The notes under the pieces were generated by a model, which worked only from the letters and a program-made list of their open reading frames with translations, ran no database searches and was not told the DNA's origin. From Chiloscyllium plagiosum (lineage: Eukaryota): a DNA stretch of 20,000 nucleotides. The translations under genes were made by a program, and so were the position numbers. Below are positions 7,888 to 20,000 of the stretch, piece after piece. Numbering within the stretch: position 1 is the stretch's first letter; every line of letters begins with the position of its first letter. Where the stretch lies: NCBI RefSeq assembly GCF_004010195.1, contig NC_057754.1, positions 8,512,053-8,532,052 of the forward strand, read 5' to 3'.

Positions 7888-8575
7888 ATGCATTAAGATC
7901 GATAAATCCCGGAGGACCTGATGAAGTATATCCGAGGGCTTTGTGGGAGACTGGGGAGGAAATTGCAGTATCTATAGAAAAGATCATTAACAGCCATGAG
8001 TGATGTGCCCAAAGATTGGAGAGTGGCTAACATTGTGCCACTATTTATGAAAGACCGCAGGGAAATACCTGGGAGCTACAAAGCTGTGAGGCTAACGTCT
8101 GCGGTGTGCACGTTGTGTGAGGGGAATTCTGAGAGATAGGATCTACAAGTATTTGGAAAGGCAAGGATTCATTCGGATGGTCAGCTTGGCTTTGTGCTTG
8201 GGAAATCGTGTCTCACAAATTTGATTGAGTTTTTTTGAGGCACTGACCAATAAAGTAGGTGAGGCAGTATGCTAGACATTGTCTTGATGGATTTTAGCAA
8301 GGCTGCCTGCTAAGTCGTTGAGTAAGATTCAATCTCATGGGATCCACAGAGAGCTAGCGAATTGGATACAAAGTTGGCTTGACTGTCGAAGACAGAGAGT
8401 GGTGGCAGAGGATTGTTTTCAAACTGGATGCCCGTGATCAATGGTGTGCCACTGGGCATGGTGCTGGCACCACTATTATTCGTCTTGGGTGAGAAGTTTG
8501 GAGGTATGGTTAGTACGATTACAGATGGCACCAAGATTAGTGGTGCATTGGACAGTGAAGAATATTATCAAGGTC
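7888..8575 (+). mobile_element. Older CR1-type LINE C, ORF2 internal fragment
   Basis: Diverged homologue of 5900-6600: WRVANIVPL, SCLTNLIEF, PVINGVPLGMVLAPLLF, DGTKISG. Confidence 0.85.
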
Positions 8576-8617
8576 TTATTGCATTCCCAGATATTTTGAG
8601 TAGGAATTCCTGAATTC

Positions 8618-9465
8618 AGAACATAGAAAATTACAGCACAGTACTGGCCCTTCAGCCCTCGATGTTGTGCCGACCTGTGAAACCAATCTGAAGCCCATTG
8701 AACCTACCCTATTCCATTTTCACCCATATGTCTATTCAATGACCATTTAAATGTCCTTAAAGTTAATGAACCTACTACTGTTGCAGGCAGTGTGTTCCAC
8801 ATCCCTAGTGCTCTCTGAGTAAAGAAACTACCTCTGACATCTGTCCTGTATCTATCACCCCTCAATTTAAAACTATGTCCCCTTATGCTAGTCATCACCA
8901 TCCAAGGAAAAAGGCTCTCACTGTCCACCCTATCTAACCCTCTGATCATCTTGTATGTTTCTAGAGAGAAGAAGGTGAAGAGGTGGCTTAATAATGAAAA
9001 CAGCCTCAAGTCCCTCAGTCTTTCCTCATAAGACCTTCCCTCCAGACCAGGCAACATCCTAGTAAATCTCCTCTGTACCCTTTCCAATGCTCCACATCCT
9101 TCCTATAATTTGTGGCAACCAGAACTGCATGCAATACTCCAAATATAGCCGCACCAGAGTTTTGTACAGCTGCAGCATGACCTCATGGCTCCAAAACTCA
9201 ATCCCTCTACCAATAAAAGCTAACACACCATATGCCTTCTTAACACCCTATCAACCTGGGTGGCAACTTTCAGGGATCTATGTACATGGACACCGAGATC
9301 TCTCTGTTCATCTACACAACCAAGAATCTTACCATTCGCCCAGGATTCTTTATTCCTGTTGCTCCTTCCAAAGTGAATCACCTCACATTTTTCCGCATTA
9401 AACTCCATTTGCCACCTCCCAGTCCAGCTCTTCAGCTTATCTATGTCCCTCTGTAACCTGCAACA
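8618..9465 (-). mobile_element. CR1-type LINE D, 3' fragment of a different subfamily
   Basis: MEFNAEKCEVIHFG, EQRDLGVHVHRSLKV, ERVQRRFTRMLPGL, FFTQRALGMWNTLP. Tail TTCTATGTTCT. Confidence 0.92.
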
Positions 9466-10089
9466 AAGGGGTTTGAGGAGCAGAAGGTTCTATCAGTGGT
9501 AGCAAGATGAACAAAATCACAGACGCTTGAAAGCAGAATTAAAATTCTTCAAAGGGTTATGGCAGTGGAGGAGCGTTCAGAGTTAGAGAGGGTTGATTTG
9601 TGAACCAGAATGAAAATTTAAAAAATGATGCATCACTAGAATGAAGTTCAAGCGCCAGAGAGATGTTTGACCACTTTATGAATAATTGACGGACTTAACT
9701 GACCGCTGTCTTCACCTGCTCCAGATCCATTCTCCCTGTGGATGGGAATGTTCAGTACTCCAGATGCCCTCAGGTTCCATGGTGCATTGTCCATGGAGTA
9801 AACTGCTAACATTTACCTGATCTGACCTGAGTTCAATATTCTGAAGGACCTAGATAAGGTCAGTCTCCAAACTCCAGTCAAAATGGGGTCAGTCAACTTG
9901 AGACTAGTTTCAGGTGAGAGGGGAGAAAGAAATTCAGATCTCTGATTTTTTTTTTTAAACTTGGAAAAAAGTGCAAAGCAAAGGAATTGAAACTGGAATG
10001 GGTCCTTCAAGACTAGCCAAAAGTGATCTGGATCACATTAGAATAATCGCTTCTGGTAATCTATGATCTGTTTTAAGCTTCCTTCTCTT

Positions 10090-10565
10090 CTCTGTAAATA
10101 CATTAGGAGTGTTTCACAGTGGTTTACTAAATTGATTCCTGGAATAAGCAGGGTTTTTTAAAATGAGGGATGTATAGACAAACCGGGCTTGTTTCACTGA
10201 AAGTTCAAAGAGTGAGGGGAAACTTGATTGAAGTGTATAAGATCCTGAATGGGCTTGATCAGGTGAATGAGGGAAAGACATTTCCCCTTGTGGGTCAGTC
10301 TGGAACTAGGGGGCACATTATTATAATTAGGGCTCACTCTTTTAGAACAAAAATAAGGAAAAATGATGGTTCTTTTGCAACTGTCTTGGAAGGCAGTGGG
10401 ATCATTGAATTTTTTTTTAAGATGGAGGTACATAAGTTCTTGTTAGGCACCGGAATCAAATATTATTGGGGTGGCAGGAAGATGGAATTTGGAACAAACA
10501 GATCACCCATTGTCCTCATGAGTGGCCGAGCAGGTTGGAGGGGCTTCTGCACCGACTTCATTCCT
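10090..10565 (+). mobile_element. Old CR1-type LINE 3' fragment
   Basis: RVRGNLIEVYKILNGLDQV..FPLVGQSGTRGH, followed by a CR1-like 3' UTR. Confidence 0.8.
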
Positions 10566-10599
10566 CTAACAGGGGGCACTTTATCAATACTAATAATAT

Positions 10600-10700
10600 C
10601 CTAGGATGTTATGTATTTCGTAAAGAATACAAAAGCAAACAAGTGAGACCACACCTGGTGCATTGCATGCAATTTTGGTCTCCATTCCTAAAAGAGGATA
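10600..10700 (+). mobile_element. Small CR1 ORF2 fragment
   Basis: EYKSK..VRPHLVHCMQFWSP. Confidence 0.7.
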
Positions 10701-10789
10701 AAGTCAAAAAACACATGACACTGGATTTTAGTCCAAAAGGGTTATTTAAAACCACAAGCCTTTCAAAGCCGCCCCTCAAATGGTTCTGA

Positions 10790-11100
10790 TGCAGTGAGAT
10801 TCACCCTCAGAATAATGCCAGTGTATTTAGATCCATCTTCTTAATCGTAATCGCTCATGGGAGATTCACGTGCCCAATGATTCCGGTTTAGTCAGATTCA
10901 CAAACAGAAGAATTCTGCTTCAGCCAGATTCACACTCAGAATCATTCCACACTGGTCAAATCACACTCAAAGTATTTCTGGTCCAGTAAGTCTCGCACTC
11001 AGAATGAGTCAAGTTTGGTCAGACTTATACTCAGAATGATTCCATTCTAGTCGGATTCACACTCGGGATGTCCCGGTTTGGTTAGATTCACATTCAGAGG
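10790..11100. repeat. Degenerate edge of the 32-bp satellite
   Basis: About 10 diverged units of the AGATTCACACTCAGAATGATTCC type. Confidence 0.8.
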
Positions 11101-14100
11101 GCATCCAGTCTGGTCACTATTATAAAGCACCCAGTCCGGTCACCATTATAACACATCCAGTCCAGTCACCATTATAAAGCATCCAGTCCAGTCATCAATA
11201 TAATGCATCCAGTCCGGTCACCATTATAACGCATCCAGTCCGGTCACCATTATAACGCATCCAGTCCTGTCATCAATATAATGCATCCAGTCCAGTCACC
11301 ATTATAAAGCATTCAGTCCGGTCACCATTATAATGCATCCAGTCCAGTCACCATTATAAAGCATCCAGTCCGGTCACCATTGTAACGCATCCAGTCCGGT
11401 CATCATTTTAATGCATCCAGTCCAGTCACCATTATAAATCATCCAGTTGGTCACCATTATAATGCATCCAGTCATAAATCATCCAGTTGGTCACCATTAT
11501 AATGCATCCAGTCTGGCAATTATAAAGCACTCAGTCTGGTCACCATTATAACACATCCAGTCGGTCATCAATATAATGCATCCAGTCCAGTCACCATTAT
11601 AAATCATCCAGTTGGTCACCATTATAATGCATCCAGTCTGGCAATTATAAAGCACTCAGTCTGGTCACCATTATAACGCATCCAGTCCAATCATCAATAT
11701 AATGCATCCAGTCCAGTCACCATTATAACACATCCAGTCGGTCATCAATATAATGCATCCAGTCCAGTCACCATTATAACACATCCAGTCGGTCATCAAT
11801 ATAATACATCCAGTCCAGCCACCATTATAACTTATCCAGTCCGGTCACCATTATAACGTATCCAGTCCAGTCACCATTATAAAATATCCAGTCCAGTCAC
11901 CATTATAACGCATCCAGTCCGGTCACCATTATGACGCATCCAGTCCAGTCACCATTATAACGCATACAGTCCGGTCACCATTATAACGTATCCAGTCCAG
12001 TCACCATTAAAACGCGTCCAGTCCAGTCACCATTATAATATATCCAGACCAGTCACCATTATAACGCATCCAGTATGGTCACCATTATAACGCATCCAGT
12101 CCAGTCACAATTATAACGTATCCAGTCCAATCATCAATATAATGCATCCAGTCCAGTCACCATTATAAAGCATCCAGTCCAGTTATCATTATAACATATC
12201 CAGTCCAGTCGCCATTATAACACATCCAGTCCAGTCACCATTATAACACATCCAGTCCAGTCACCATTATAACGCATCCAGTCCGGTCACCATTAAAACA
12301 TATCCAGTCTGGTCACCATTAAAACGTATCCAGTCCGGTCATCAATATAATGTATCAAGTCCGGTCACCATTAAACACATCCAGTCCAGTCACCATTATA
12401 ACGCATCCAGTCCAGTCACCATTATAATGTATCCAGTCCGGTCATCAACATAATGCATCCAGTCCGGTCATCAACACGGGTCACCATTATAATGCACACA
12501 GTCTGGTAACCATTATAAGAGATCCAGTCTGTTCACCATTATAATGCATCCAGTTCAGTCACCATTGTAAAGCATCCAGTCTGGTCACAATTATAACGCA
12601 TCCAGTCCAGTCACCATTATAAAGCATCAAGTCGGGTCACCATTATATTGCACACAGTCTGGTAACCATTATAACAGATCCAGTCTGGTCACCATTATAA
12701 CGCATCCAGTCTGGTCACCATTGTAAAGCATCCAGTCCGGTCATCAACATAATGCATCCAGCCCGGTCATCAACACGGGTCACCATTATAATGCACACAG
12801 TCTGGTAACCATTATAAGAGATCCAGTCTGTTCACCATTATAACGCATCCAGTCCAGTCACCATTATAACGCATCCAGTCCGGCCACCATTATAACGCAT
12901 CCAGTCCAGTCACCGTTATAAAGCATCAAGTCGGGTCACCATTATATTGCACACAGTCTGGTAACCATTATAACAGATCCAGTCTGGTCACCATTATAAC
13001 GCATCCAGTCTGGTCACCATTGTAAAGCATCCAGTCCGGTCACAATTATAAAGCATCCAGTCCGGTCACCATTATAAAGCAACCAGTCCGGTCACCATTA
13101 TAACGCATCCAGTCTGGCAATTATAAAGCACCCAGTCCAGTCACCATTATAACGTATTCAGTCCAGTCACCATTATAACATATCCAGTCCAATCATCAAT
13201 ATAATGCATCCAGTCCAGTCACCATTATAAAGCATCCAGTCCAGTTATCATTATAACATATCCAGTCCAGTCGCCATTATAACACATCCAGTCCGGTCAC
13301 CATTATAACACATCCAGTCCAGTCGCCATTATAACACATCCAGTACGGTCACCATTATAACACATCCAGTCCAGTCACCATTGTAACGCATCCAGTACGG
13401 TCACCATTATAACACATCCAGTCCAGTCGCCATTATAACACATACAGTCAGTCATCAATATAACGCATCCAGTCCGGTCACCATTATAACATATCCAGTC
13501 CAGTCACCGTTATAAAGCATCAAGTCGGGTCACCATTATATTGCACACAGTCTGGTAACCATTATAACAGATCCAGTCTGGTCACCATTATAACGCATCC
13601 AGTCTGGTCACCATTGTAACACATCCAGTCCAATCACCATTATAATGCATCCAGTCCGGTCACCATTATAACACAGTCCGGTCACCATTATAACGCATCC
13701 AGTCCAGTCACCATTATAACACATCCAGTCCAGTCACCATTATAATGTATCCAGTCCGGTCATCAATATAATGCATCCAGTCCAGTCACCATTATAACGC
13801 ATCCAGTCCAGTCACCATTAGAACGCATCCAGTCCAGTCACCATTATAACGCATCCAGTCCAGTCACCATTATAATGTATCCAGTCCGGTCATCAACATA
13901 ATGCATTCAGTCCAGTCACCATTATAAAGCATCCAGTCCGGTCACCATTATAATGCACACAGTCTGGTAACCATTATAACAGATCCAGTCTGGTCACCAT
14001 TATAACGCATCCAGTCCAGTCACCATTAAAACGTATCTAGTCCAGTCACCATTAAAACGTATCTAGTCCAGTCACCATTATAACGCATCCAGTCCAGTCA

Positions 14101-14915
14101 CCATTATAACACATCCAGTCCAGTCACCATTATAACGTATCCAGTCCAGTCACCATTATAACATATCCAGTCCAGTTATCATTATAACGTATCCAGTCCA
14201 GTCACCATTATAACATATCCAGTCCAGTCACCATTATAACGTATCCAGTCCAGTCACCATTATAACACATTCAGTCTAGTCACCGTTATAAAGCATCAAG
14301 TCGGGTCACCATTATAAGCACACAGTCTGGTAACCATTATAACAGATCCAGTCTGGTCACCATTATAACGCATCCAGTCCAGTCACCATTGTAAAGCATC
14401 CAGTCCGGTCACAATTATAACGCATCCAGTCCGGTCACCATTATAATGTATCCAGTCCGGTCACCATTATAATGCATCCAGTCCAGTCACCATTATAACG
14501 TATCCAGTCCAGTCACCATTATAACGCATCCAGTCCGGTCACCATTAAAACGTATCCAGTCCGGTCGTCAATATAATGCATCCAGTCCAGTCACCATTAT
14601 AACGCATCCAGTCCAGTCACCATTATAACACATCCAGTCCAGTCACCATTATAACGCATCCAGTCCAGTCACCATTATCATGGATCCAGTCCAGTCACCA
14701 TTATAACGCATCCAGTCTGGTCATAATTATAATACATCCAGTCTGGTAATTAAAGATCATCCAGTCCAGTCACCATTATAACGCATCCAGTCTGGTAATT
14801 ATAAATCATCCAGTCCGGTCAAAATTATAACGCATCCAGTCTGGTCACCATTATAAAGCATCCAGTCTTTTCACTATTATAACGCATCCAGTCTGGTCAC
14901 TATTATAACGATTCC
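11101..14915. repeat. 26-bp tandem satellite, consensus GCATCCAGTCC(A/G)GTCACCATTATAAC, about 145 units
   Basis: Period directly visible (e.g. GCATCC at 11231 and 11257). Confidence 0.97.
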
Positions 14916-16334
14916 AGTCCAGTAAGATTCAAACTCAGAACAATTCCAGTCAATTCAGATTAATACTCAAAATGTTTCCAATCTGATCAGATCCAAATTC
15001 TTAATAATTCTGGTCCTGTCAAAATCACACTCAGTATAATTCCAGCCTAGTCAGACACATGCTCAGTATGATTCCTGTCTGGACAGATACATACTCAGAA
15101 TGAATACATTCTAGTCAGACAGACGCTCAAAATGATTCCAGGCTAGTCAGATACACACTCAGTATGATTCCGGTCTAGTCGGATAATTACTAGGTACAGT
15201 TTCGGCCCAGTCAGATACACATTCTGCATGATTCCATTCAAGTCAGACAGACTTCATTCCAATCTAGTCAGATACACATTCAGTATGATTCTGGTCTAGT
15301 CAGATGCAGACTTGTAGTTGGAGCTCGGCCTAGTCAGATACATGCTCAGTACGATTCCTGCCAAGTCAGATACACACTAAGTATGATTCCGGCCTAGACA
15401 CATACACACTCAGTGTGATGCCGTTCTAAACAGACACACACTCAGAACGATTTCAGCCTAGTCAGACACAAACTCAGTCTGAATCCATTCCAGTCAGACA
15501 CATGCTCAAAATGATTCCAGTCTAGTCAGATACGTACTTAGTATGATTCTGGTCTAGTCAGATACACACTCAGTATGATTCCAGTCAAGTCAGATACACA
15601 CGCAGTCTGAAACCTCTAGTCAGACAGACGCTCAAAATGATTCCAGTCTAGTCAGATACACATGAAGAATGATTCAGGTCGAGTCAGGTGCACACTCAGA
15701 ATGATTTCGGTCTAGTCAGATACACAATTTTACATGGAGTTCAACCTCATCAGATATACACTCAGAAGGATTACGGCCTCGTCACATACACAATCAGTCT
15801 GAATCCATTCTAGTCAGGCAGACGCTCAAAATGATTTCGGTATAGTCAGATACACACTCAGTATGATTCCAGCCTAGACACATACGCACTCAGTATAATT
15901 CCGGTCCAGACAGACACACACTCCGTACGATTTCGGCCTAGTCAGATACACACTCAGTATGAATCCATTCCAGTCAACGTCATACTCAGCATGATTCTGG
16001 CCTAGTCAGATGCACACTCAGTATGATTTCAACCTAATCAGAAACACACTCATTATGGTTCCGGCCTAGTCAGATCCACACTTAGTATGGTTCTGGTCTA
16101 TTCAGATACACACTCAGAATGATTCCGGTCTAGTCAGTTATACACTCAGTATGATTCCAGTCTAGTCAGATAGACACTCTCAGTATGAGTTCGAGATAGT
16201 CAGATATATGCTCAGTATGATTCCATCCTAGTCCGATACGCACTCAGTATGATTTCAGCCTAGACACATACACACTCAGAATGATTCCAGCCCAGTCAGA
16301 TACACACTCAGTATGAAATCATTCTAGTCAGACA

Positions 16335-17045
16335 TGTGGGATATAGATGAATTAATGTTATTTCTGCAACTATAAATTCTGATACAGAACAAGAATGAGG
16401 AAATATATATATATCCAGCTAAAAAAATGATATGTTAGCATGAGACATGATTATAGAACAATGGTAGATGTATAGGCAAACAGGAAAAAAACTATAAATT
16501 CTGATACAGAACAAGAATGAGGAAATATATATATCCAGCTAAAAAAATGATATGTTAGCATGAGACATGATTATAGAACAATGGTAGATGTATAGGCAAA
16601 CAGGAAAAACATCTGTTTCCCACTTGTACAGAGACACAGGAACAAACCCCAATTAAAAGGGCTTAGTGATAAGATGCTGAGGGGCAGCGCAGATGGAGGG
16701 AGTAGATAATGGTTAGCAAAGGATGGGATGACGTCAAACAACCTTATGGGGGGCCAGAGATAGGCATTTGTCACGGACAAGACTGGATAAACAGAAGTTG
16801 TGGGATCGGTCTTAAGGAAATGAATGACGTAAGCGGAGGATGGGGGCAAACAATGAAATAAGAAAAAATATGGGGATTCAAACTGTATAAATTTCGAGAG
16901 TTTGTTGGATTTGATGTGCATTTGTCATTGTCTTACCTGGTATTAGACATTGCGCCCACTTGCAAGTGTACAAATAAACGACACTGTCTCAGATTTTTGG
17001 TCTCGGACTGAAATTATTGAAGTGAGTGAGCTTTTGTTTCTCACA
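16335..17045 (+). mobile_element. Solo LTR (ERV-like or Gypsy) inserted in the satellite
   Basis: TGTGGGATA...TTTCTCACA ends. Perfect 4-bp TSD GACA (16331-16334, 17046-17049). TATAAA at 16886 and AATAAA at 16973. Satellite register resumes afterwards. Confidence 0.85.
16369..16609 (+). repeat. Tandem duplication (about 122 and 120 bp) in the LTR U3 region
   Basis: ACTATAAATTCTGATACAG starts at 16369 and 16491. The copies differ by one AT unit. Confidence 0.95.
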
Positions 17046-18960
17046 GACAGATGCTCAAAATGATTCCAGGTTAGTCAGATATACACTCAGAATGATTCCG
17101 GTCTAGTCAGGTACACAATTTCACTTGGAGTTCAGCTGAATCAGATACATGCTTAGTATGATTCCGGCCTCATCAGATACACACTCAGTTTGATTCCGGT
17201 CAAAACAGATACACACTCAGTATAATTCTGTTCTGGACAGATACACGCACAGTATTGATTCCAGTCTAGTCGGATACACACTCAGAATGATTCTGGCCCA
17301 GTCAGATACACACTCAGTATGATTCCAGTCCAGTCAGATACACATTCAGTATGATTCCAATCCAGTCAGATACACACTCCATATGATTCTGGTCTAGTCA
17401 AATAAACATTCTCAGTATGATTCCAGCCCAGTCAGATACACACTCAGTCTGAATCCATTCTAGTCAGATACACACTCAGTATGATTCCAGCCCAGACACA
17501 TACACACTCAGTATGATTCCGGTCTAGACAGACACACACTCAATTTGATTTTAGCCTAGTCAGACACACACTCAGTATGAATCCGTTCCAGTCTGACACA
17601 CGCTCAAAATGATTCCAGTCGAGTCAGATACATGCTCAGTATTAATCCATTCTAGTCAGATGCACACTCAGTATGATTCCAACCAAATCAGACACACACT
17701 CAGTATGATTCCAGCCTGGTCAGATACACACTCAGTATGATTCCAGCTCAGTCAGAAACCCTCTCAGTATGAATCCATTCCCATCATCTTCATACTCAGT
17801 ATGATTGTGGCCTAGTCAAATGCACACTCAGTATGATTCCACTCTAGACACACACACACTCAGTATGATTCTGGTCTAGTCAAATACGCATTCTCAGTAT
17901 GAGTCGGATACATGCTCAGTATGATTCCAGCCCAGTCAGATACACAATCAGTCTGAATCCATTCTCGTCAGACAGACGCTCAAAATGATTCCAGTCCAGT
18001 CAGATACACACTCAGTATGGTTCCAGTCTAGTCAGATACAGACTTTCAGATGGAGTTCGGCCTAGTCAGATATGTACTCTGTAAGATTCCTGCCTTGTCA
18101 GATACACACTAAGTATAATTCGGGTCCAGACACTTACACACTCAAAATGATTTCGGCCCAGACAGATAGACACTCAGTATGAATCCATTCCAGTCAGACA
18201 CACGCTCAAAATGATTCCAGTCTAGTCAGAAACGTACTCAGTATGAATCCATTCTAGTCAACTTCATACTCAGTATGATTACAGCCAAATCAGAAACACA
18301 CTCAGTATGGTTCCGGCCTAGTCAGATCAACACTCAATATGATTCCGGCCAAGTCAGATACACACTCAGAATGATTCCGGCCAAGTCAGATACACACAGT
18401 TTGATTCCGGTCTAGTCAGATACATGCTCATTATGATTGCAGGCTAGTCAGATACACACTCAGTCTGAATCCATTCTAGTCAGACAGACGCTCAAAATGA
18501 TTTCAGTCTCGTTAGATACACACTCAGAATGATTCCGGTCTAGTCAGATGCAGACTTTCAGTTGGAGTATGGCCTAGTCAGATACATGCTCAGTAAGATT
18601 CCTGCCTAGTCAGACACACTCAGTATGATTCCAGTCTAGTCAGATACACACACAGTATGATTCCGGTCTAGTCTAAAACACATTCTCAGTATGATACCGG
18701 CCCACTCAGATACACACTCAGTATTAATCCATTCTAGTCAGATGCACACTCAGTATGATTCCAACCAAATCAGACACACACTCAGTATGATTCCAGCCTG
18801 GTCAGATACACACTCAGTATGATTCCAGCCTAGTCAGATACGCACTCAGTATGATTCCAGCCTAGTCAGATACACACTCAGTATGATTCCAGCCTGGTCA
18901 GATACACACCCGGTATGATTCCGGTCTAGTCAGATACACACACAGCTTGATTCCGGCCAA

Positions 18961-19135
18961 AAGTCTAAATTAGAGTGATGCTGGAAAAGCACAGCAGGTC
19001 AGGCAGCATCCGAGGAGCAGGAAAATCAAGAGCTTTAGGGCAGAGGAGATGACCTGGGGATTGCAGTGAAAGAGAGACTCACTGAGATTCTTGTAGAGAG
19101 AGGAGGAAAACTTCTTCAAGGCTGGCATCTTTGCA
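18961..19135. mobile_element. Penelope-like fragment inserted in the satellite
   Basis: TGCTGGAAAAGCACAGCAGGTCAGGCAGCATCCGAGGAGCAGGA matches 1677-1720 and 3473-3516. The hammerhead part is missing. Confidence 0.8.
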
Positions 19136-20000
19136 AGTCAGATATACACACTCAGTATGATTCTGGTCTAGTCAGATACACACTCAGTATGATTACAGTC
19201 TAGTCAGATACACACTCAGAATGAATCCATATTGTCAGATACACAGAACTTTAAGTTCTTTCAGTCAGATGCAGAACTTTCAGTTCGAGGTCAGCCTAGT
19301 CAGATACATGCTCAGTAAGATTCCTGCCTTGTCAAATACACACTAAACATGATTCCGGCCCAGACACATGCATACTCAGTGTGATTCCGGTACAGACAGA
19401 CACACACTCAGTATGATTTCGGCCTAGTCAGATACACACTCAGTATGAATCCATTCCAGTCGGACACATGCTCAAAATAATTCCAGTCTAGTCAGATATG
19501 CACTCAGTATGATTCCAGCCCAGTCAGAAACCCATTCAGTATGAATCCATTCTAGTCAACTTTATACTCAGTATGATTCTGGCCTAGTCAGATACACACT
19601 CAGTATGATTTCAGCCGAGTCAGATACACACTCTGATTCATTCCAGTATTGTCAGATACACACTCAATATGTTTCTGGCCTAGTCAGATACACACTCAGT
19701 ATGATTTCAGCCGAGTCAGATACACACTCTGATTCATTCCAATATTGTCAGATACACACACTCAGTATGTTTCTGGCCTAGTCAGATACACACTCAGTAT
19801 GATTTCAGCCGAGTCAGATACACACTCTGATTCATTCCAATATTGTCAGATACACACACTCAGTATGTTTCTGGCCTAGTCAGATACACACTCAGTATGA
19901 TTTCAGCCGAGTCAGATACACACTCTGATTCATTCCAATATTGTCAGATACACACACTCAGTATGTTTCTGGCCTAGTCAGATACACACTCAGTATGATT

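Larger units (their letters stand above)
14916..20000. repeat. 32-bp tandem satellite, consensus CTCAGTATGATTCCAGTCTAGTCAGATACACA, runs off the window end
   Basis: Period visible (CTCAGTAT at 18781 and 18813). Interrupted at 16335-17045 and 18961-19135. Confidence 0.97.

Noticed and set aside
16571..16921. 116-aa ORF
   Set aside because: Antisense reading of an LTR, with no recognisable motif.
11101..20000. CRISPR array (26-32 bp periodic repeats)
   Set aside because: Units are head-to-tail with no unique spacers, there are no cas genes, and the context is vertebrate.
11101..20000. Repetitive coding sequence (zinc finger or mucin-like)
   Set aside because: Periods of 26 and 32 are not multiples of 3, stops are frequent, and the ORF track has nothing in the satellite.

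Overview
Eukaryotic, almost entirely repeat-derived DNA, most likely from a shark or ray (HE1-type tRNA SINEs, CR1/HER1-type LINEs, Penelope fragments). No intact host gene is supportable. Bases 1-7.9 kb hold a decayed minus-strand Gmr1-like Gypsy LTR retrotransposon (5' LTR end, tRNA-Pro-like PBS, gag, protease, integrase, with no RT between PR and IN). It is broken up by nested LINE, SINE, Penelope and solo-LTR insertions up to five layers deep. Bases 7.9-10.8 kb hold more CR1 fragments and a short unassigned island. Bases 10.8-20 kb are satellite: a 32-bp array with a related 26-bp array of about 3.8 kb inside it, plus a solo LTR and a Penelope fragment. The most unusual signals are: (i) at least 8 in-place micro-inversions and 2 fold-back scars in about 9 kb, including two 'twin' abutting inversions; (ii) a Penelope palindrome that copied flanking DNA and carries hammerhead-ribozyme cores; (iii) a 124-bp target-site duplication around a short SINE. 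Family assignments rest on recalled motifs, not database searches, and I found no demonstrably novel protein-coding system.
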